Position numbers and translations under genes: made by a program. A DNA stretch of 63,551 nucleotides, filler included, from Atractiella rhizophila (taxonomy: Eukaryota): assembly GCA_021432655.1 (NCBI GenBank). It is 9 parts of 9 records of this genome, joined end to end, with 100 filler letters (N's around TTAATTAATTAA, not from the genome) between each part and the next. Parts side by side here need not be neighbours in the genome. Positions count along the whole stretch, not along the records: positions 19,875 to 27,101 come from MU272228.1; positions 27,202 to 34,425 come from MU272229.1; positions 34,526 to 41,731 come from MU272230.1; 6 more parts are not named here. One strand, 5' to 3'. Under the pieces are notes generated by a model. It was not told where the DNA came from. It saw nothing but the letters and a program-made list of their open reading frames with translations, and searched no databases. Each line of letters opens with the position of its first letter. Position 1 is the stretch's first letter. Of this stretch, positions 24,772-35,900 are shown piece by piece.

Positions 24772-26194
24772 TCAGAAATCCCTTGTGCCTCCAATGTCAC
24801 AAGTTCCAAACTTCTCCTCCGGTACCTCTTTCCACTTCAACGCCTCCTTCAACAGTTTCGGTGGTTCTGTTATCTCTTCTTCCGTTAAAACCCAGGTGGC
24901 ATAATGGATCCCCATCGCTTTTTCGCACTTTGTGTCCAAGAAGATGTTCACCGCGTCATAGGGGTCCGCGTGCATCGAGGAGAAAAGAAAGCGAGGGTCG
25001 TATGCGCCGATAGGGATAAGTCCCAAGTCAAAAGGGCCACGAAGGTTACCAATCTCTTTGAAGACCGGGCAGACGGGGAGGTGGTCATATTTTGGGTCGT
25101 AGACGAACGAGCCTTCGGGAATGTCGCAGGTTGCTCGATAGCCCGTGTCCCTATAGGAGAAAGACTTTAGCTACATGTGAGGGAAGGAGATGAAGGAACG
25201 AACCCTCCGAACCAGACTTTCTTTCCTCCGCTTTCAACGCTCCAACTAGCCCACAGTGTGTGATCACGGTCGAATCCCGTCCTTCCACTCGTGTGCTGAG
25301 CTGGTAAACAGGCGACAGTAGCTTCAATCACACCACCATCTCCATGAGTGCCTTTTGAGACCTCAATCTTGATCTCGTTCGTTTCCCACCAATCCATTTC
25401 CGTCACCTAATCTGCCAGCGTCAACTCAAAATGCCAAAACACCAAAGTCAGAAACGGACATTCTTGATCCCACAATTCTGAAACCACGCCTTGTTTCCGA
25501 GTGGAACGAGGAATTGGCAGTCAGGGAACTTCTTCGCAATCTCCACCACGGTTGGATGCGAAAGATGGTCGTAATGCGAATGAGAAATTATGACTAGGTC
25601 AATGATGGGAATATCTGCAGTTTTGGCTGGGAGAGGTGTGTATCTCTTCGGTCCCATGAATGAAGATGGCGAGCAGCGATCTGTGAAAACTGGATCGAAG
25701 AGGACCCGTAGTGATGATGGGAACTCGAGAAAGTAGGCAGCATGACCCATCCATGTCGCACGGAGTGAGGAGGACGAAGGGAGAAAACGATCGTCGAGAA
25801 AAGTCGGTTTGACGACGGTGTAATGAGGCGGTTTGGTTGACGGTTGTTTCCCCCTCGCAGTTCGCCTTCTCACACGTCAGTAAGTGCACTTGAAAACCGT
25901 GAAGGCTTACGCTAGAATGGTACCCAGCATTTGGCGGAATGGTAGAGGATTCCACGACGGCCATGGGTTATGAAAACCCTTCCCATCCTTGTTGTGATGC
26001 TTCTTCTCTAGCAAATCTGCAGGCGACGGAGCGCTGATGGGAGTTAAAGAAACGGTGTTGGCAATGCCCGGAAAAGTGATGGGGGACGAGGTCGACGGCA
26101 TGGCGAGAGAGACAGTGGTTCTTCTAATGACAGATTTGGGATTTAAATAAGCTGAGCCTTTCTGAATTCCTCGAAAGACAGATTGCTTTATCAT
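24772..26194 (-). CDS. N-acyl-phosphatidylethanolamine phospholipase D-like metallo-beta-lactamase (Fmp30/NAPE-PLD family); start at 26194 or 26101
   Basis: FHNPWPSW, ATWMGHA, VLFDPVF, ISHSHYDHL (HxHxDH), LPAQHTSGRTGFDRDHTLWASW, GDTGY, PIGAYDPR, GIHYATWVLTEE. Confidence 0.92.
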
Positions 26195-27101
26195 ATGCCC
26201 TCGCTTGCGGAACTCGCACTTTTATATAGGTCGGGCGTTTGGAACCCGAAAATTGAACTGGCGACATTATTCGTTCGCTTGTTCTTTCGCCTCGTCAGCT
26301 CGCGGCTCACCACTTCGGCGAAGCATCAAGTGGCCACCGTTGCAATCCTTGCAAATCCGGCGGCATTTACCGAGGTCGGAGTGGAAGGAGAGTGGAGCTC
26401 CGCATTTTCAACTTTTCAAGCTGCCACCGAAAGTTGTGGAAACTGTGGACGAACAAGGACAACCCATTGCATCGTTATTGGCACCTGTCGATAGGCGATT
26501 GTGCAGCAAGGAGGTGAGCAAGAGTAGTTGGTGGCAGCGCTGGCAAGAAACTGTGGGAAAGAGCTCATCCGAGCGATGGCTGAAAGAATGGGTAGCATCC
26601 AGACACATAAAGTAGGAAATTCGTGGGAGAAGCCTGTCTATTACTTTGAAAACGGTTTACGGAAAGTCCAGCCATACGAGTGAGTTTCCTCTCACTCTTC
26701 GGGTCGAGCAGAAGCCTGAGGTGCACAATCGTGAAAGATTCATCTATCGCACTTACGTGAAGGAGCGATGGATCGGAAAAACAATCTTAAAAGTGTTCAG
26801 CACTGAGTTCAGGTCCGTCAATTCCTCCTTCCTCCAAGTGTCCACTCATCGATCGCAGGATTGGTGATTCAGGGACCGCTCAAAGTCGTACTACGAGCAT
26901 CATCTCCTATCCGGCAAGGTCCTGCTCAACGGGAAGACGCCCGCGAGCTTAGATACTGTGCTCAAGAATGGAGATTACATCGAAAACGCCATGCATCGAC
27001 ATGAGCCACCTGTAGCTGCCGTCGCTGTCAAAGTCGTTTCTCATGATGAGGAGAAAGGCATCCTGATTGTGGACAAGATGGGCTCCGTGCCTGTTCGTCC
27101 G
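26195..27101 (+). CDS. RluA-family RNA pseudouridine synthase (Rib2/Pus9-like), N-terminal S4-like part; start uncertain, 3' truncated
   Basis: YRTYVKERWIGKTILKVFSTEFR|DRSKSYY...GKVLLNG...LKNGDYIENAMHRHEPPV...ILIVDKMGSVPV. Confidence 0.8.
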
Positions 27102-27201
27102 NNNNNNNNNNNNNNNNNNNNNNNNNNNNNNNNNNNNNNNNNNNNTTAATTAATTAANNNNNNNNNNNNNNNNNNNNNNNNNNNNNNNNNNNNNNNNNNN
27201 N
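27102..27201. other. Artificial contig spacer
   Basis: 44N-TTAATTAATTAA-44N. Confidence 0.98.
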
Positions 27202-28138
27202 TATGTTCACATTTGGAGGATGAAGGAGAAAGAGCCTATCTGCTTCCTGTAGAGCAAATAATCGCTTGTAGCTGAGCCACTCCGACTCGCTTGGAAAAAA
27301 GCAGTTCAACAACACAAATCCTCCTCCCTCGTTCAAGCTCAAAAAAAAGCAAGACACACACCTTCTTCATCCACTCATGCACTCCTTCCCAATCCCACTT
27401 CGTCGCTGAAACATCTTGTCGTTCGTCGACCACTCCATCCCAAAGCGCCTCCCATGCCTCCTGTTCCTCCCTGCTACTCCTCACAAGATACAACCCATTC
27501 ACGGCACTGCTTCCGCCCAACAGCTTCCCTCTAGGCCAATAAATCTGTCTATTCTTCAAATGAGGTTGAGGAACAGTATAATAGCCCCAATCGTAAGGAG
27601 AGTCGGGATACGCCAAACCTCCATACCAAGCCATGCCGGGAATCTCGACTCTCTCTTTAACCAAGATGCCATCCTCAGCCTGAGAATTCGCGCCACCCCA
27701 CCCCTGCGTCGCCTCTTCCTCTCCATCCGTCTCCCCTCCACCTGCACCTGCACCTGCACCTCCCTCGCCTCCTTCACCCCCGCTGCCGTCGCCGATGACG
27801 ATATCGTTCGGATGCGCGGCCCAGTCCGGCCCAGCTTCGATGACGAGCACGCGGGTGGTGGGAGAGAGGAGACGGCGGGCGACGACGAGCCCGGATTGGC
27901 CGCCGCCGACGACGATGTGTGTTGGCGGGAGGGAGGAGAGGTGCGAGGGGTTGTCTGTGATGAAGGCTTTTTGGTTTGCAGCTCCACTGCCACTTCCACT
28001 CGGTTTCTCATTGGAGGAGGGAGCGGAGGGTGGGGGCGCTTGGGGGCTGCGACGGAGGTGGATGAAGCGGGAGGAGGGGAGGGTGGGGTGCGTGGAGAGG
28101 CTGAGGGGGAGGAAGGGGAGGAGGGTGAGGAGGTGCAT
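27202..28138 (-). CDS. Secreted GMC oxidoreductase (AA3), N-terminal part
   Basis: Signal peptide, IVVGGGQSGLVVARRL (FAD-binding), VLVIEAG, YDWGYYTVPQ, WPRGKLLGGSSAVNGL. Confidence 0.92.
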
Positions 28139-29161
28139 AAGGAGTGTGTATGTGCTGGGATGTGTAGCTGGGAATGTTGGTTGGAGGAATGAGCGGAGTG
28201 GATTTTTGTGTGGCGTCGGGATGTGCCGTAGCCGACCGGTGAGCTCCCGAGTTCACGCATCCACTTCCCTTCGGCGCTCGTTCGGGACGGCAAATTCCTT
28301 TATGAGAAAGAAGCCAAGGCTAAGATGTAGGAGCTACCATGGTTGCTTCATTATTGCTTTGTTTTCGGACCTGAAATGGAGGGAAAGTCAATATCAGCGA
28401 CTTTTTCAAAGCCCTTAGCTGCTTTCTGGCAGTCAGTAAATTGATGTCACGGTTCTGCTTGACAGTCCGAAGTGTCGTGAATGTCTATCCATCCTTGTTC
28501 ATTTCAAGGCCGATTGTTGACTGCGTCACGTTATAAGCTGAATGTGTTTCTGAATGCGCGAGCCTCAATGATATCATGACAGTGCCTATTCCCTTCGATC
28601 TTCGACAAGTCATTGTCTTGCGGCCACACCTTGTCATACAAGGAGGATCGTCGTTTCTATGGCTTTGTTATCTATTACCAATATCAGCCGCATGAAAATT
28701 CCGGGTCAGGACATTCTATTCTGTGCTTATTCTTCGCCCTTTATCGACCTTGCCCTGTGATTTTAGCAGAGCTCTTAGACAGTCCCTTGTGGTACTTTTT
28801 TTATTGTGCTCTTTCTGTCCACTTTTCGCTCTTTCACGTCTCACCAGTCCACATGTTCTTGCCTTCCCGGCCCGTGAATAGGGAAGAGATCTGTCCCAAG
28901 GCAGGCTTAGCCACCTGACGTGCCATCCACACCTCAGAAGAGTTCTCCCTCCATCCCCACGCTCCGGTTTCTTCGGTATGGATTTCTACCCGCAACATTA
29001 CTGGTTAGAGGATATTGGTATTGCGTGGGAAGGGAGCTCATGTGCGGGGCTCACCCTCTCCTCGTTCCGCCGGGGCCTGGAGTATAAATGTGGTATAGAT
29101 GGCTACAACAGTGGGTCCCTGGTTGTTTATCGCACATCCACGGTGTAGGCGTAAAGCGACT

Positions 29162-31056
29162 ATGGTCCATCTATATCTCCTACCCTCCATCGTCTTCCTC
29201 CTCAAAGGAGCCTGGGGTCAGGTCACCATCTCCATCCCTGCCTCGCCACCCGCAGGAAACACATCCCATCAGCTTCCTCCCCACTACTTGGGACTGTCCA
29301 TCGAGTTCGCTTCCCTCGTCGACTTTTCAGGTCCTCCCGGCCAACCCAATGGGTACACGAAAACCTGTCTGGACGGGTTACGGAATATTGGGCGGAGGCC
29401 CCTGCACTTCAGGATTGGTGGCACCACTCAGTACGACCCGTGTCGTTTTTATCGGACGTACGCTGAGTATTGTGGGCATGAAGGGATAGGGCAACTTTCC
29501 TGGAGGATCAGTCGACGCCAATCATCAATAAGTTTCCTTACTTTGGAGCTGATCGTGCGTTCTCAGTCGTGTCGTGATCTTCATGCCTGCTGAGAAGTGG
29601 TGCAGAGCCAACCAACCTCACGTTTGGACCTGGTTATTTTGAGAGTCTTCACCAGGTGATTTTTGCCAATCCACCTCTCGGGTCGAATTAACCTGAGGAT
29701 GACAATAGATTGCTTCGGGGGATCCTGTCGTGTTCGGTCTGCGATTCCATAACGCTTCAGGGGAAAAACAGGCCGTCGTCGCTTCTCGAGCCTTAAAATC
29801 TATCCCGGAGCTCACTGCAGTACATTTATCTTTTTGCTCTTCTCCCCCGTACTGAACCTTCGATGCTCAGTTCTCAATTGGCAATGAAGCAGATTGGTAC
29901 TCAGATCCAGGTTTCGCCAACGTTACCGAGTACGAGAACACGATTCAGTCTGTAAGGTTGTTGATTTTGAATTAAACCCATGAGGTTTAACTAGAAATCA
30001 GTTTTATCGAGTGGTAGCGGCTTCCGTTGAAGATCAGATGAAACCTGCGGTCTTCCAAGCCGGCGACACTTGTTGTAAACCAACATTTTTCCCTGCAGAA
30101 CAGATCAGCGCTGGTTTGAAGAACACTAGCGAGTATGTTATCGAAGCCGTCGGGCAGCATCATTACTTCATGGTCAGTCCTTCACCTTCCCACTTTTCAT
30201 CGAAATAAACATTGAACCGTAGGCTGCCTGTACTCCTGAAACGTCGAGTCAGATCAACTTGGAAAAGCTAATGAATCACCAAGTCAGCCTCTCCGTTTCT
30301 TTCCGCCAACCGAACTCAATGCAGATTTGGTAGAATACAGTCGCATATCTCGACACACTTAGACTAGACATTGCAGCGGTAGAAAAGGCCGGGTTGACTT
30401 TCGTACAAAGTGCGCATTCCTCCTACCTTGCTATTAACGTACTCTGACAGACATCAGGCGAGACAAACTCTATTGGCTGCCAAGGAGCATCAGGGACCTC
30501 AGACTCCTTCGGTGCCGCTTTGTGGACCTTGGATTACGCCTTGCAATTAGCAACTCGAGGAGTTCAAAGGGTTGATTTTCACGTTGGGACAAACTATCGC
30601 TATGCTCCCTTCCAGCCCATCCAAGTCAACCAAACCGCTCCGTTCACGAGGCCGAACTACAGCGCGCTCTTAGCTCTCCAAGCTTTCCTAGGAGCCGCAA
30701 ACGCTTCGGTCAGAGTATCAGAGGTCGGCACCCATGATCCTTATTTGGCCGCTTATGTAGCATATGAGCATGAGGTTCCTAAGAGGGTTGCGCTCATCAA
30801 CACTCACATTTACAACGCTACCGCCGATCCTACCCACCCGCCAAAGGTGACAGTATCTCTAGAAGGGGCATCGGTCTCGAAAGTGAGAAGACTCACTGCT
30901 GCCGGCGCGGATGTGCGAGCTGGCGTTCTGTGGAGCAATCAGAATTGGGAAGGCGGCTGTTTTCCGAGTGGATTCGAGCTGACAGAGCAAGCCGAGAATG
31001 GAAAAGTAGAGGTCAGAAATACCGAGGCGGTCGTGGTTTGGTTAGAGTCAAGTTGA
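29162..31056 (+). CDS. Secreted glycoside hydrolase family 79 (beta-glucuronidase-like), multi-exon
   Basis: Signal peptide, LGLSIEF, FRIGGTTQ, IGNEAD (acid/base), ETNSIGCQG..GTSDSFGAALWTLDYAL (nucleophile), YRYAPFQP, TRPNY. Confidence 0.9.
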
Positions 31057-31704
31057 GACAGTCGTCCCTCAATCAAAGTTTGAAAGGACCTTGAGCCAGA
31101 TGTAACGTCTGTTGTTGTAAATATTCGCACATCAAGGTGTTAGTGCTGCAATTTACTGGAAGAATTTTTTGGGAAAATTCCTGAAGTTGAGGATTGAAGA
31201 TATCAACGCGGATTAGGCAAATTGGCCAGAGGACCATAACCATCTCCCTTGGACATTACAGGAGTGTTGATATCAAATTTCTAACAGAGCGTGTTGTGGA
31301 GGAGACTCCGCCGCTAGTGAGGGTCGAACGATAAACGATATCGAACCCTATAAGATGCTCTCCTGCGTCCGCGCGGCAGCCGGAGGAGGTGAGAAAAGCT
31401 AAGTAAAGTGCAGCTGTGTTGGTGAATAGGAGAAAAGTCACACAATAGGCTCATCATTTGTTACTTCCCAGCGCCAGATGACATTATCCTAATGACATTC
31501 GCTACCAATGATTCAACTGGTGTCTCCCAGGAGATGCATAAACCAGCGACACACACGGCGGCCGGTATTTGATTGGTGGCCATGAATCGCCCTGCGTCGT
31601 TTGCGTCGACAGAAGTCTGAAAGTGACTCTACACTATTTATGTCAACCCTGTCAAAGGCTATGAAACAAGATTTTCAAGTAAACCCATCTTGCTCTTGCT
31701 CTCC

Positions 31705-33130
31705 ATGACTTACTGCGAGACCTGCAATCGTGATTTTCAAAACAAAAGGTCGTACAATCAACATTGTTCGACGGCGGTCGCTCATAGGCTGACCTGGTGT
31801 CGAGGTGAACGTCTCGCTCCACTACTCCTTTCCAAGCTCCTACTGTCTCTATCTCATTCTGATTGAGACACTCTGTAGTATGCGAGAGGGATTTTCATAC
31901 GAATGAAGACTTGAAGATTCATAAAAGAAATTCTTCCCGTCACGTCTGGTGCGACCGTACGCCCCCCTCCCTGCCCTGCATTTGTCGGGCTATTGTATTG
32001 ATCTTCTGTTTGCATAGCTTGCGAACGAGAATTTTCTAATGAAGAAAACTTGAAGAAGCATAGAAGCACTTCTTCCCGTCATTCCTGGTGCAACAGTTTG
32101 TCTTTTATTGGAATGATATTTATCACATCGCATACTCATGTAATAGGATGCGAGCGAGAGTTCTTTTCAGACGATGATTTGGAGCAGCACAAGCGTAGCT
32201 CTTCCCGTCACTTATGGTGTGATCGTACGTCTTTCATTAGCACATAGTCTCAAGACATCGTTCGAATGATTTGGCAGCGTGCGAACGAGAATTTTCTACA
32301 GAAAAAGATTTGGAGCAACACATTCGTAGCTCCTCCCGACACTTTTGGTGTCATCGTGTGTTCTTTATTGCACGGTCATATCACTCCAGGTAAACGTTCG
32401 AACAGGATGCGAGCGAGAATTCTTTTCAAACGAAGATTTGGAGGAGCATTCACGCAGTTCTTCTCGCCATGTATGGTGTCACCGTATGCCCTTCATTATC
32501 ACATTGGCCTGGCTGAGAGATTCGACAGCGTGCGAGCGAGAATTTTCTTCAGAGAACGATTTAGAAAAGCATAAACGTAACTCTTCGCGTCACTTCTGGT
32601 GTAACAGTGCGTCCGTCAACGGGACAATGTTTCATCCTCTCATTCAGAGATTTAACAGGATGCGAGCAAGAATTTTACTCTGAAGAAGAATTCGAGCAGC
32701 ATAAACGGGAATCTTCCCGTCACATATGGTGCCAGCGTATGTCAACCTTCGCCGCGTTCACTGTTCATTACGCCATGTAATGATTCAACAGCCTGTGATC
32801 GAGAATTTGCGACCGACGAAGATTTGAACCAGCACACACGTACCTCTTCACGTCACATATGGTGCCGCAGTGGGTATTTTTACGTTGTCACAGTTACCGC
32901 GTTTGATCATGACACGTAATAATTTAACAGGGTGTGATATAGAATTTTTCACAGACCAAGCTTTGGAAGAGCATATCCGGACTTCATCCCGTCATATATG
33001 GTGTAGCCGTGAGTCTTCATCATTTCTATATTTAATCATACCATACATTGATTCAACAGCGTGTGAGCGTGAGTTCAAAACTCTCGAGGATTTGGAGAAG
33101 CACATCGAACAGTCATCACGCCATTTCTGA
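31705..33130 (+). CDS. Tandem C2H2-type zinc-finger protein (11 fingers, C-x2-C-x12-H-x6-H), 11 exons, 290 aa
   Basis: Exons 31705-31804, 31879-31956, 32018-32095, 32147-32224, 32278-32355, 32406-32483, 32529-32606, 32659-32736, 32792-32869, 32931-33008, 33060-33130; all introns GT-AG; spliced frame open; consensus CEREFxxxxDLExHxRxSSRHxWCxx. Confidence 0.9.
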
Positions 33131-33571
33131 AGTGAAACCATCCCTTTCCACGACCATGATGTTTGAGCGATGAAAACTGTGCCACAGAGAGTGTCATAAA
33201 AAGTGTCCACAGCTGCTCATCCAGTACTGACAATGTTTCATAACTTTCATGATGCAATGGAGAGATTAAGAAAGAAGAATTCAGGCGTACAGTGATATCC
33301 ACTCTTATCCTGCAGCTCAGTCGCTCCAGATCCTGCTCCCGATCTGCTTCCTAGTTAGCTTGAAGCCAGCAGCGTTCTGAACAATATTATCATGCTGACA
33401 TGATTGGCAATGAGTAACGATGTACCGATGATGGAACGGTAATTGGTCACAACAATGGCAATGACGCCAAATTTCAAATCATCGTCAAATTTGCAAATTC
33501 TCAAAGCGGGAACATGAATTTCCAGCTGATTGACCACAATCCCAGCTGAGCGCTGATCCCATAGCATTAGC

Positions 33572-33886
33572 ATGAAATTCGGTAAATCCTACCCCTCTTC
33601 CTCCTTCCCCAACACCTGGCGCGCCTCCGCCATCCCATACAAGGAGCTGAAGAAAGAGATCTCTCGCTTGCAGGATGAATTGCACGACTTAGGCATCGGG
33701 CAGGAGACCTTGAGAGGGTTGAAGGTTGTTTGGGAGTCGGAATCTAAAGATGGAGCTGGAAGACGCGCAGATGGACTGGAGGAACAGGTAAATGGGACGG
33801 TAGAAGAAGCTGAAAGCAGGAACAGGGAGATGGTGAGAGAATGGAGGCAGGCTAGTGGAGAGGTTGCCGTCACTTATGTTATCGGT
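33572..33886 (+). CDS. SPX-domain protein, N-terminal exon only
   Basis: MKFGKSY...WRASAIPYKELKKEI is the SPX N-terminal signature; GTGAGT donor follows; no convincing downstream exon. Confidence 0.6.
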
Positions 33887-34425
33887 GGTGAGTCCCTCTT
33901 CTGTTTCTCGTGGAGGAGGAAAGTACTACAGTATTTTAACCACCTACACATTACATCACCAATCTTGAGCTGGAATGCTTCGTAATCTCTGCTATGGTCC
34001 TTCCTTAGACTCTACGATTGTCTATGCTCCATGTTTAGATGAAGATTTGTATTGCAGGCTTTGAGTTATTTGGCCGCATTCATCTTCTCCATCTACTCTG
34101 TATGTTTGATCGGCCCCTTATGACTTCCCCTAGTCCATACAGCTTTCGTCTTGCGAAAGAAAGAGATTAGTTGAAATAAAGTGGCTCCTTTCGCCCTTGG
34201 CTGAGGAATGATCATTAGCTGAACAGGGAGAAGTTACTAGTACTAATCCCGCAAGCCTCAAAATTCGCAGACATTGCTGTTAGGTGACGGTTTACGTCTG
34301 CGTCAGGGTAATACAACTCTTCTATCGAACACGGAATCCGTGACGAGGGATTGTCCATATTTGATTGGGAAGAATCCCCGTTTCAGGCATCACATCGGCC
34401 CATCGCTCACGATCCGTTATTATTC

Positions 34426-34525
34426 NNNNNNNNNNNNNNNNNNNNNNNNNNNNNNNNNNNNNNNNNNNNTTAATTAATTAANNNNNNNNNNNNNNNNNNN
34501 NNNNNNNNNNNNNNNNNNNNNNNNN
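34426..34525. other. Artificial contig spacer
   Basis: 44N-TTAATTAATTAA-44N. Confidence 0.98.
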
Positions 34526-35050
34526 TGGAGAATCTTGCTTCGCAGTGGCAGAAGGAATGGCATAAGGCCAACAATCTCTCTTATATGGAGAAAAGAAGTT
34601 TGGGAGCAATGTTGACGAAGTTGGGGAAAGAGGGAGCGTATGTTTTTCATCTGTCGCCTTGTTGTATCGCCCCTGACGTGTCGCAATGCTAGGGCATTCC
34701 CGTTCCACAACCCTGTTGATCCTATTGCCCTCCAAATCCCGCATTATTTCGACATCATCCCACGCAAAGACGCTCGAGATCTGTCCACCATTCGAAAACA
34801 CCTTGATCAAGATCGTTATCGAAATTTCGACGAATTCGAAGCGGACGTCAAGCTGATGCTGAAAAACTGTTATACTTTTAACGCATCAGATACTCCTGTC
34901 TACGCTTCCGGGCGAGAGTTCGAGAGGCTGTTTGACGATGCCTTCAAGGGCTTGAAAGCCAGTTTTGGGGTGGAGGAGAAGAAGAAGGGGAAGAAGAGGG
35001 AGGCGTCAGATGTCATCGGGAATAAGTTGAAGAAGGCAAAGCTGAGTTGA
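34526..35050 (+). CDS. C-terminal bromodomain of a larger protein (possibly a basidiomycete TAF2-type TFIID subunit), 5' truncated
   Basis: FPFHNPVDPIALQIPHYFDII...DLSTIRKHL...Y..FDEFEADVKLMLKNCYTFN is a bromodomain signature; basic NLS-like tail. The TAF2 assignment is from recollection only. Confidence 0.8.
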
Positions 35051-35900
35051 GATTTGGGTTTTCACGTATGTTCAGATTATCCGGTTCGCACTTTGGAATC
35101 CAAGTCCGCCAAAATCAATTTGATTCCTGAAAGAGGAAAGCCAACATTTGTATCATCACCCCCACAAATATTCAGTTCTACGTTAAAAATTTTCTTCACA
35201 TAGTCCAGTTTATTCTTTCACTGTTTTTAGCTTGCCTTTGTCGTTCTTCCAGATCTGTGATGAAAACTCCTGGCTCAATCTCAATGCGATGTCTCTTCTG
35301 CTTATCTGACAGACACTTCTCACGGCTGAGACACACGTCATCGCAGCAGGTTTGATCAATCGGCGCGATAGAATATCAATGATGGAGGTGAACTGGTGCC
35401 AGTGAATATTCAACCTGACTCGGAGGGGACTGCAGCACCCGGAGATCGCGTTCTCTTTAAGAGGTACTGACGAAGTTACCACCCAACGCGAGTTTCATTG
35501 CCAACCTCTCCCCGTGAGCCCCCGCGCCTGCACCGGGCTATTGAGATGAGCAAACGATGTTCTGTGGTTCGCTTTCCAAGCCTCAGCAACCCGCGCACGG
35601 GAGCTCCGGGATCACCTCCGTCGCGTCGTCATTCCCTACTCAAAGAACTGAGAAGCCGCACCCCCGCACGGCACGGTGAAGGGAAGGGAGCATCTGCCTT
35701 CCCTTCATTCTCCGCCCAGCCTGACCCAGCTCCCCTATATTTAGCTGCACGTGCTCAGAGTGGGATGATGCTATCAGCGGCGGAAGTGGCGGCAAAACCA
35801 CAAAACCTCTGGCTGCTTTCTTTCAGAGTATATAAAGTGAGCTCTCGTCTTTCCACCTGTCCAGTCCACTGAATAGTTCTGGAGAAGTATTCGAAGCATC

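Noticed and set aside
27416..28418. Long overlapping alternative-frame and antisense ORFs over the GMC gene
   Set aside because: Shadow ORFs of GC-rich, low-complexity coding sequence.
31850..33130. ~130-nt periodic repeat-spacer pattern as a CRISPR-like array
   Set aside because: The repeats are coding exons with synonymous variation and the spacers are GT-AG introns; eukaryotic context and no cas genes.
27202..34425. GMC oxidase + GH79 + zinc-finger gene as a co-regulated cluster
   Set aside because: Adjacency only; there is no backbone enzyme and the zinc-finger protein lacks typical DNA-binding features.
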